This document shows positions 57,035-64,000 of a stretch of 64,000 bases of DNA, piece by piece (the first letter of the stretch is position 1; each line of letters begins with the position of its first letter). The notes under the pieces are model-generated. The model was not told the DNA's origin and searched no databases. It saw nothing but the letters and a program-made list of their open reading frames with translations. The stretch is from the IMG/VR virus record IMGVR_UViG_3300032360_000003, positions 2,975-66,974 of that record, one strand, 5' to 3'. Source of the stretch: a virus. Position numbers and translations under genes: made by a program.

Positions 57035-57316
57035 ATGGAAAAAAGAAGTAGAGCAGAACTTAGACGGCAAGAGCACCTGAAGAAGTACAGTAAAGGAACT
57101 AAGAAAAAGGAGGAAAAAATGTCAATTGTAGATGAATGGGCAGGAGAAATTACTATCCAAAAGGAGTTAAAAGAGATTAAAGATTTGTTGATTAAGTTAA
57201 ATACTGACGTGATTAAGTTGAAAAGTGTAACTTGTCTCAATCCTTTTTTTGATCGACGCACCTGTGAAAATAATGGCGAACCAGATCTGCAGATTTGGAA
57301 GGATAATGAAGAATAA
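57035..57316 (+). CDS. Hypothetical protein
   Basis: GAGG SD; possible internal start at MSIVDEW. Confidence 0.45.
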   Translation: MEKRSRAELRRQEHLKKYSKGTKKKEEKMSIVDEWAGEITIQKELKEIKDLLIKLNTDVIKLKSVTCLNPFFDRRTCENNGEPDLQIWKDNEE

Positions 57317-57329
57317 ATGCATTTTAGCC

Positions 57330-57358
57330 TTGACATACCTATAAAAATATGGTATAAT
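57330..57358 (+). promoter_or_regulatory. Sigma70-like promoter
   Basis: GCC-TTGACA-17-TATAAT. Confidence 0.85.
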
Positions 57359-57412
57359 AGTAGTATTGAATTGGTTGAGAAGCAGTTTTAAACTATATAA
57401 TGGAGATGTGAA

Positions 57413-58585
57413 TTGACTAGTAAAAGAATTGAAGTTGTCCGTAAATTTTATAATGAACTTGGTAAAGAAGTTATTACTCGTAAGGAACTTTATAGTACTC
57501 GCGATAAATTAAAGGGTGAACTTCCTTTGGTTAGCGTACGTTGGATTGAGGATTCTTATAAAGTTTCTGGTAAGCCTGGACACTATCGCCTTCCTCTTGA
57601 AGTTCTCGATAATGAAACCTCAGATTCAGTAGAAATTTCACAGGTTTCTGTAAAAGGTAAAGTTGAACCTAAGGCAGAAGTTGAAGTTGAAGAAATCGTT
57701 TCTAACGCGTTTAATTTTATTCCTACAAAAGATCCTAGCTATGTCTCATGGGGTCATCATCGCGACATAGAAGCAATCTTGAAATCCAAGATTTTTTATC
57801 CCGTTTTCCTCACTGGTCTATCTGGCAATGGTAAAACCTTTATGGTTGAGCAGATAGGTGCGAAGCTTAAGCGTGAAGTCATTCGCGTTAATGTTACTAT
57901 TGAAACTGATGAAGATGATCTTCTTGGCGGTTTTCGTCTGGTTGATGGTGAAACTCAATTCCATAAAGGGCCTGTTGTCGAAGCCATGGAACGCGGTGCG
58001 ATTTTGTTACTTGATGAAGTTGATCTCGCATCTACTAAGATTCTCGCACTTCAGCCAGTTCTTGAAGGCAAAGGTGTTTTTCTCAAAAAGATTAATCAGT
58101 GGATTACTCCAAAAGAAGGATTTAATGTCATCGCAACTGCGAACACTAAGGGCAAAGGTTCTGAGTCTGGTTCTTTTATAGGAACTAACATCTTGAACGA
58201 GGCTTTCCTTGAGAGATTTGCAGTCACCTTTGAGCAGGAATATCCGACTAACTCGACTGAAGTTAAGATCATCAAGAAAACCTTTGAAGACAATGATATT
58301 AATGACGATGATTTCGCGAACAAGTTGGTCAGATGGGCAGACATCATCCGTAAGACTTATTACGATGGTGGAGTTGATGAGGTGATTTCAACTCGTCGCT
58401 TGGTTCATGTTTCCAAAGCCTTTTCCATCTTCCAAGATAAGTTGAAGGCGATCGAACTTTGTATTGCACGTTTTGATGAGGATACCAAGCAATCCTTTAA
58501 GGAACTATATGGTAAAGTTGACGCAGATGTTGATGTTGATGTTGAAGAAAAAACTGAAAAAAAAGATGAACATATGCCATTTTAG
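57413..58585 (+). CDS. CobS-like/MoxR AAA+ ATPase
   Basis: GLSGNGKT, ETDEDDLLGG, LLLDEVD, ATANTKGKG, NEAFLERF. Confidence 0.92.
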   Translation: MTSKRIEVVRKFYNELGKEVITRKELYSTRDKLKGELPLVSVRWIEDSYKVSGKPGHYRLPLEVLDNETSDSVEISQVSVKGKVEPKAEVEVEEIVSNAFNFIPTKDPSYVSWGHHRDIEAILKSKIFYPVFLTGLSGNGKTFMVEQIGAKLKREVIRVNVTIETDEDDLLGGFRLVDGETQFHKGPVVEAMERGAILLLDEVDLASTKILALQPVLEGKGVFLKKINQWITPKEGFNVIATANTKGKGSESGSFIGTNILNEAFLERFAVTFEQEYPTNSTEVKIIKKTFEDNDINDDDFANKLVRWADIIRKTYYDGGVDEVISTRRLVHVSKAFSIFQDKLKAIELCIARFDEDTKQSFKELYGKVDADVDVDVEEKTEKKDEHMPF

Positions 58586-58586
58586 C

Positions 58587-58624
58587 CTAAACCTTTTCGG
58601 TTTTAATACGTCTAATATAGTGTA
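58587..58624 (+). repeat. ECF-sigma-like promoter repeat, copy 5
   Basis: Identical core to copy 6. Confidence 0.75.
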
Positions 58625-58648
58625 AGACAAAAACAAAGGAGAGTTGTA

Positions 58649-58906
58649 ATGAATAGAGCAGTAAGAAGACGATTGGCAAGAGAGAAAAACAATAATAACG
58701 TTGATATTACCAGTAATGACGATATGATGGGTATTTTTGGTAATGTTCCATTGGATGTTAAACAAAAACTGGCATTAGAACCTTGTGAAGAACTCAATGG
58801 TAAAACTCTTGCAGATTTGATTGTGGCAACACATCAGTTAACAGAAGTTGATAAAGTTGATGATGATGAGTTTAATACTCGTATAGATGAATGGATAAAA
58901 AGTTGA
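58649..58906 (+). CDS. Hypothetical protein
   Basis: AAGGAG SD; MNRAVRR start. Confidence 0.6.
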   Translation: MNRAVRRRLAREKNNNNVDITSNDDMMGIFGNVPLDVKQKLALEPCEELNGKTLADLIVATHQLTEVDKVDDDEFNTRIDEWIKS

Positions 58907-58924
58907 AAAAACTTGTAAATTAGC

Positions 58925-58962
58925 CTAAACCTTTTCGGTTTTAATACGTCTAATATAGTGTA
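58925..58962 (+). repeat. ECF-sigma-like promoter repeat, copy 6
   Basis: CTAAAC-16-CGTCTAATATAGTGTA. Confidence 0.75.
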
Positions 58963-58986
58963 AGACAAAAAACAAAGGAATAAAAG

Positions 58987-61179
58987 TTGATAAACAAAGT
59001 TACGAAAAACAATCTCGCAAAGCTCCTCGCGACTGAAAATATTGATGTAGAGCATCGTCAAGTTTCTACTGCAGCGTTTGACGTAAAGAATCGTAGACTG
59101 ATTCTTCCGATTTGGGAAAATGTTTCAAATGACGTATATGATCTTTTGGTTGGTCATGAAGTTGGTCATGCACTATTTACGCCTCAAATTGAAATTGAAG
59201 AACTTTGCAAGAGTATTGACGAAAGTAATGCAGGTACGGTAAAGTCGTTCCTTAATGTTGTAGAGGACGCCCGTATCGAGAAGAAAATCAAGCGTAAATT
59301 TAATGGCCTTCGTAAGAACTTCAAGAATGGTTATTCTGAGTTGTTAGAAAAGAATTTCTTTGGTATCAATGGTCGCGATTTGGATAGTTATTCTTTTATC
59401 GATCGCATCAACCTCCAATTCAAGCTTGGTAGTCATATTGACTTTATACCTTTTACACCAGAAGAAAAAACCATTATTAATCGTATTGAAAATCTTGAAT
59501 CTTTTGATGAAGTTGTTAATGTTGTAAAAGAAATCTACGCGTCAACTGGTGATTCTGAAACTGAAAAGAATATAGATGATTCAGAATTTTTTGATGATGA
59601 TGAGCAAGGTTTTGGGGATCAGGAAGCAAAAGAAACAACTTCTGGTACTGATAAAGATAATGAGGGCGGAGAAGAATCCGAAAATACTAATGATTCAGAA
59701 GAAGATACTGATTTAGAAGATGAATCTTCTGCCGGCAATGGCCCAAACAATGAGCCACCTCAAGATTCTGAAACTCAAAGAAAATTAGATCAAGAATTGG
59801 AAGAATTGGTAGATAATAAATCTGAAGGGCCCATTTATATTGGAATCCCTGATATTAACTCTGAAGATTTCGTTATTGATCAAAGTGCAGTTTATGATAA
59901 AGAAATCAAAGAATGGCTCTTTACGGGAACAGGTGTTGAAGATCTTAGTAACTTGAAAGAAGATTACAAAAAGTTTAAAAATGATTCCATCAAAACCGTT
60001 AACTATTTGGTTAAGGAATTTGAACTCAAGAAAAATGCAGAACAGCACATGAGGGCTCAAGTCAATAAGAGTGGCGTTCTTGATGTAAATAAATTGCATA
60101 GTTATAGGTTCTGTGAAGATGTATTCAAGAGAATTACTACATTGCCCGGCGGTAAAAATCATGGTTTGATATTATTCCTCGATTGGTCAGGTTCTATGTC
60201 TGGTTCGTTTGAATCTACAGTAAAGCAGTTATTAAATCTAGCATATTTCTGTAAGAAAGTGAATATTCCTTTTGACGTTTATAGTTTCCATTCAACATCA
60301 TCTAATGTAGATATAAAAGGTAAAACACCGACATATATGCACAATGATTATGTTTTGGATAATTTCCATTTAAAGAATATTCTGTCATCGAGACAAAAAG
60401 GAAAATCTTTTGAAGATGCAGCATTCATTCTATTTTGTATCGCAGACCACTTCCGGCCTGGATATTATAGGTATAAAAATGATCATTTGTTCCCAAGTGA
60501 TTGGAGTCTTGGTGGAACCCCGTTAAATGAAGCCATTATTACAGGTTTTGATATTGTAAAGAAATTTCGTTCAAAGTACGGTGTTTCTAAAGTCAATGTT
60601 GTTTTGTTGACTGATGGTGATGGACATCCACCAACTGGAATCTATAATGATACTCCAGAATATGGTAGGAGTTTTGGGATTAAGTCAATCCGCATCAGAG
60701 ATGAAAGATATTATCGCTATTATCCAAATACAACTGGTGATAGTTATCATAAAAATTACATAGTTGATAAATATACCAAAAAAGAATATGGTGTTGATAG
60801 TCGTACAGCTGTAACTCGCGGATTGTTAAGTGCAATGCGTGAAAGATTTGACGTTAATATTATCGGTTACTATATAGCCGATGGTTTGGGTAGTGATTTG
60901 AATAATGCAATTAACTACCAGTTAGACATAGAAGATAATCAAGAATTCGCAAAATATAAAACTAATTTCCGAAAGAACGGATTTATAGTAGGCGAGCAAC
61001 TTGGATATACTGCATTCTTTATCATCAAAGGTGGAAAAACTTTAGACACTACTACTGAAAAGTTAGATGTTGAGGATGGAGTTACTAAAAGAGTACTAAC
61101 CACAGCGTTTAAGAAGCACAATAAGTCAAAATTGACTAATAGAGTGGTCTTAACAAAATTTGTAGAATTAATAAGTTGA
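58987..61179 (+). CDS. Metallopeptidase-like plus vWA protein (CobT-like partner of the MoxR ATPase)
   Basis: LAKLLATE, HEVGH, NVVEDARIE, DWSGSM, GGTPL, LTDG. Confidence 0.88.
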   Translation: MINKVTKNNLAKLLATENIDVEHRQVSTAAFDVKNRRLILPIWENVSNDVYDLLVGHEVGHALFTPQIEIEELCKSIDESNAGTVKSFLNVVEDARIEKKIKRKFNGLRKNFKNGYSELLEKNFFGINGRDLDSYSFIDRINLQFKLGSHIDFIPFTPEEKTIINRIENLESFDEVVNVVKEIYASTGDSETEKNIDDSEFFDDDEQGFGDQEAKETTSGTDKDNEGGEESENTNDSEEDTDLEDESSAGNGPNNEPPQDSETQRKLDQELEELVDNKSEGPIYIGIPDINSEDFVIDQSAVYDKEIKEWLFTGTGVEDLSNLKEDYKKFKNDSIKTVNYLVKEFELKKNAEQHMRAQVNKSGVLDVNKLHSYRFCEDVFKRITTLPGGKNHGLILFLDWSGSMSGSFESTVKQLLNLAYFCKKVNIPFDVYSFHSTSSNVDIKGKTPTYMHNDYVLDNFHLKNILSSRQKGKSFEDAAFILFCIADHFRPGYYRYKNDHLFPSDWSLGGTPLNEAIITGFDIVKKFRSKYGVSKVNVVLLTDGDGHPPTGIYNDTPEYGRSFGIKSIRIRDERYYRYYPNTTGDSYHKNYIVDKYTKKEYGVDSRTAVTRGLLSAMRERFDVNIIGYYIADGLGSDLNNAINYQLDIEDNQEFAKYKTNFRKNGFIVGEQLGYTAFFIIKGGKTLDTTTEKLDVEDGVTKRVLTTAFKKHNKSKLTNRVVLTKFVELIS

Positions 61180-61189
61180 GGATAAAATA

Positions 61190-61378
61190 ATGACAGAGAA
61201 AGAAAAAAAAGATAAAGAACTTATCCAAAGATTTCATAATGAATTTGGTGATGTGAAAGTTGATCAAGAGCCGACAGACAAAGATCTTGATAGTATTGAG
61301 GATAACTATACTGAAGAACTTTTTGAAGATATTGATCGCGTTTTAGAAGAAATTTTAATAGAGAACTTTTATGAATAA
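61190..61378 (+). CDS. Hypothetical acidic protein
   Basis: GAGG SD. Confidence 0.5.
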   Translation: MTEKEKKDKELIQRFHNEFGDVKVDQEPTDKDLDSIEDNYTEELFEDIDRVLEEILIENFYE

Positions 61379-61853
61379 GAAATCGTTGTTGCTAAAGCAG
61401 GAATATTTTCAAAAGGCTCTTAGGGCAGGTGTTGCAATTGGCCATGATCCCCAAGACATATATGATCTCTGTTTAGATCATTTAACGCAAACAGATGAAT
61501 GGGGTTTACATACGCAAAAGTTCCAACAGAAGCACTTTTATGATAGGGTCAAAAATTCACTTCCTATGGGATTGCTTGATTCTGTTGATGATTTTTTTGT
61601 CAAATTGGTAGTGAAAAAATCACTTACAAGTAATGTTTCTGATGTATATTATTTGTATAAATTTTATGATAAGCAAGGTAATCTTGGATACTTTTTTCAT
61701 CATATTAATCTTCCAATTGAATTGGGCGATTGCTTTCTTTTCAAGGGAACCATAGAACTAGCTGAGAAATCCAAATATGATGAAGAAGTAATGACAACGA
61801 AATTTAAAAATGTTAAATATATAGAGAATTATGGGAAACCGAATGACGAATAA
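61371..61853 (+). CDS. Hypothetical protein (possible OB fold)
   Basis: D..GN...FF...GD.F..KGTI pattern. Confidence 0.5.
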   Translation: MNKKSLLLKQEYFQKALRAGVAIGHDPQDIYDLCLDHLTQTDEWGLHTQKFQQKHFYDRVKNSLPMGLLDSVDDFFVKLVVKKSLTSNVSDVYYLYKFYDKQGNLGYFFHHINLPIELGDCFLFKGTIELAEKSKYDEEVMTTKFKNVKYIENYGKPNDE

Positions 61854-62046
61854 GGAATTATGGAAAGAATTGTGGGATTATTTGGACGCTTATTCTCAAA
61901 AATATAAGCACCAATCAAGACCAACAATATTAGAGATACTAAGAGATACTCCAGTAAAAACTGCACAAGATGCAAGAGAATTGCACAAAGAATGGCTATT
62001 AGAAAAATATAAGGATGAAGAAAAAGATGAGAATGAAGAAGAATAA
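61831..62046 (+). CDS. Hypothetical protein
   Basis: Coupled ORF. Confidence 0.45.
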   Translation: MGNRMTNKELWKELWDYLDAYSQKYKHQSRPTILEILRDTPVKTAQDARELHKEWLLEKYKDEEKDENEEE

Positions 62047-62749
62047 GCATCAAGATCCAGATTGGAAAGATTCACTTAATAAGACCGAATTTTCACACGC
62101 ATTGAATTGGTATAATATCAATCGAAATTCAAATGATGCGATGCGATATCTCCAGACATACCTAAAGGACAACTATGAAATTAAAGCATCCATCAACCAT
62201 TTGAAAAATTCTAAGATTTCAACAACTATTGGATATGTTGCAGGACTCATAAACAGCGGTAGTGAAATACCCAAGATTTCTCAAGATTCGTTTTATAAGG
62301 GAATTCAAGAAGCCTTAAAGGCTCTCAAGGAGCCTGTTCCGCAATCAATTATATCTGCACCCATTAGAAAAAAAACTCCATCTATCAAAATGGATTCTGT
62401 TGCTGGTCTACTGGAATATGAAATAGATAAATTTATGGATAGGGATTTCAAGCCTAATGGAGTATCGATAACCAAGCTATTGCAGTCTCAAAAAATAACT
62501 CAAAAAGAGACTAAGGAAGTAATTGAACATTTCACTATTCTTCGCGATGAGGTCAATGAAGTCATTGAATCACCAGACAGAGATTTAAAAGAATCTTATA
62601 AATACCTCAAGAAGCCACAATTACGGAGATTTCTTAAATTTATGAATGGTATTTTGGACGAATGCACTACTCACATAGCTTCTAATAAAAAGCCGAGGAA
62701 GAGCAAAACTCAAGCAATTTTCGATAATAACATAGAGGAGCTTGCATGA
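62015..62749 (+). CDS. Conserved T4-like hypothetical protein
   Basis: ALNWYN ... DLKESY.YL.K.QL..F. Confidence 0.65.
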   Translation: MKKKMRMKKNKHQDPDWKDSLNKTEFSHALNWYNINRNSNDAMRYLQTYLKDNYEIKASINHLKNSKISTTIGYVAGLINSGSEIPKISQDSFYKGIQEALKALKEPVPQSIISAPIRKKTPSIKMDSVAGLLEYEIDKFMDRDFKPNGVSITKLLQSQKITQKETKEVIEHFTILRDEVNEVIESPDRDLKESYKYLKKPQLRRFLKFMNGILDECTTHIASNKKPRKSKTQAIFDNNIEELA

Positions 62750-63021
62750 AAGGTGAGGTAGTACAGCACCCATCTACTCCAGAAGAATATGCAGTGGATT
62801 TAGCAACCATCAATGATCCAGAGTCATATATTAACGAAACTCTGGAAATGGCACTGCCATATGCGATTCAAGTGTTTATCGATCGCGGATTTGATTGTCA
62901 AGCTGATCATTTTCAAACTGATTTTACCACTATAGTCGATATATTTCGTGCAGTATTATTCAGAGATTTTAACCTATATCATCCATTGCAGCAAGGATTA
63001 TCCAAGAAAATAGATAAGTGA
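62746..63021 (+). CDS. Hypothetical protein
   Basis: GAGGAG SD; HPLQ motif; upstream of rnh. Confidence 0.6.
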   Translation: MKGEVVQHPSTPEEYAVDLATINDPESYINETLEMALPYAIQVFIDRGFDCQADHFQTDFTTIVDIFRAVLFRDFNLYHPLQQGLSKKIDK

Positions 63022-63030
63022 GTTTATATA

Positions 63031-63876
63031 ATGCCCACGTTAGTTGATTATAATCAAATATTCATCGCGAATGTTATGTCTCAGCCCCATATACATAAGG
63101 GCGGAGTACAAGAATCGCTTTTAAGACATACCGTACTTAATACCTTGAGATCATATCGTACAAGATTTTCCAGTGATTACGGAGAATTAGTTATCTGCTG
63201 CGATTCCCGAAGAAACTGGCGAAAGAAATACTACGCTGAGTACAAAGCCCACAGGTCAAAGGACAGAAAAGAGTCTGATTTTAATTGGGATTCTTTATTT
63301 CAATCCCTCAAACAGATTAAAGAGGAATTGATTGATTTCTTTCCTTATCATGTACTGCAAATACCTTATTGCGAAGCTGATGATATCATTGGGGTATTGT
63401 CAGAATATCTTACCTCTGATAGAGTATTAATCATATCAGGAGACAAGGATTTTCAGCAGCTTCAAGCGTATGATAATGTCGAGCAATGGAGTCCATTAAA
63501 GAAAGAATTTGTCAGGCAGCCAGATCCCATAAGATATCTTAAAGAGCATATTATGAGGGGAGACAAAGGAGATGGAATTCCTAATTTCCTTAGCGAAGAC
63601 GATACATTCACCGAGGGAGGCCGACAGGTTCCCCTATCAAAGAAGAAAATTGCAGAATGGATCGATCTTGACCCTATTATATTTTGCGATTTTATAATGA
63701 TGAGAGGCTATTCTCGCAATAGGACTCTGGTAGATTTAACTTATATACCAGATCCCTTAAAAGAAGAAATCATTGAAGCATATAATGACTATGAATTGAA
63801 GGATAGATCTAAGCTTTTAGACTACTTCATTAACAATCAATTGAAGCATCTTATGGAAAACATTGGAGAATTTTAA
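63031..63876 (+). CDS. rnh: T4 RNase H (5'-3' exonuclease)
   Basis: NWRK.YY.EYKAHR, EADDII, SGDKDFQQL, GDKGDGIPN. Confidence 0.95.
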   Translation: MPTLVDYNQIFIANVMSQPHIHKGGVQESLLRHTVLNTLRSYRTRFSSDYGELVICCDSRRNWRKKYYAEYKAHRSKDRKESDFNWDSLFQSLKQIKEELIDFFPYHVLQIPYCEADDIIGVLSEYLTSDRVLIISGDKDFQQLQAYDNVEQWSPLKKEFVRQPDPIRYLKEHIMRGDKGDGIPNFLSEDDTFTEGGRQVPLSKKKIAEWIDLDPIIFCDFIMMRGYSRNRTLVDLTYIPDPLKEEIIEAYNDYELKDRSKLLDYFINNQLKHLMENIGEF

Positions 63877-63877
63877 A

Positions 63878-64000
63878 ATGGCAAATAATAAATCATTGCA
63901 CGAAATATTCGAGGAAATTGGAACAAAAACAAAGGTATCTGATAAGGTATCAATTTTACAAGACCATGAATCAGATGGAGTCAAAGCAATTTTAAGAGGT
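63878..64000 (+). CDS. Conserved T4-like hypothetical protein, 3' partial
   Basis: MANNKSLHEIFEE...KVSILQDH; runs off the window. Confidence 0.55.
   Translation, partial: MANNKSLHEIFEEIGTKTKVSDKVSILQDHESDGVKAILRG

Noticed and set aside
56076-58962. Repeats as a CRISPR array
   Set aside because: Spacing is 240 nt to about 1.8 kb and irregular, the intervening DNA contains SD-led ORFs, and there are no cas genes.
57413-61179. CobS/CobT as cobalamin-synthesis genes supporting NrdJ
   Set aside because: This MoxR-vWA pair is widespread in T4-like phages and is more likely a chaperone system; no other cob genes are present.
1494-62053. Minus-strand and nested alternative-frame ORFs in the track
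   Set aside because: They are shadows of well-supported + strand genes, with no recognisable motifs.
1-64000. tRNA genes or stop-codon reassignment
   Set aside because: No cloverleaf or T-loop motif noticed in intergenic gaps; core genes are full length in the standard code with all three stops used.

Overview
A 64-kb segment of an AT-rich, T4-like (cyanomyovirus/pelagimyovirus-style) myophage genome; essentially all genes are on the + strand. It holds the tail/head module (gp18-19-20-67-21-22-23, gp3), recombination and replication genes (uvsY, uvsW, gp55, gp47/46, gp45/44/62, regA, gp43, uvsX, gp41, gp61, rnh), a class II ribonucleotide reductase, a dNMP kinase and a MoxR/vWA pair. Accessory highlights: (i) a DNA-modification island between gp46 and gp45, with a MamI-like restriction-modification pair followed by C5-methyltransferase, TET/JBP oxygenase and T4-type alpha-glucosyltransferase, two of the enzymes ending in the same clamp-binding-like peptide as gp43/gp55; (ii) three promoter classes: sigma70-like, T4 late TATAAATA, and a six-copy ECF-sigma-like element heading small cassettes; (iii) a set of late proteins with T4 internal-protein capsid-targeting leaders, including three tandem ADP-ribosyltransferase-like paralogues and a nuclease/ligase-like/nucleotidyltransferase trio; (iv) host-like genes (nfuA-grx-iscA, IF2 N-domain, a LamG protein with a Poribacteria-type C-terminal motif); (v) apparent avoidance of GGWCC and WCC(N)GGW; (vi) a ROSE-like thermometer before hsp20. 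All family assignments come from motif recognition by eye, not database searches. No tRNA, rRNA or CRISPR array was seen.
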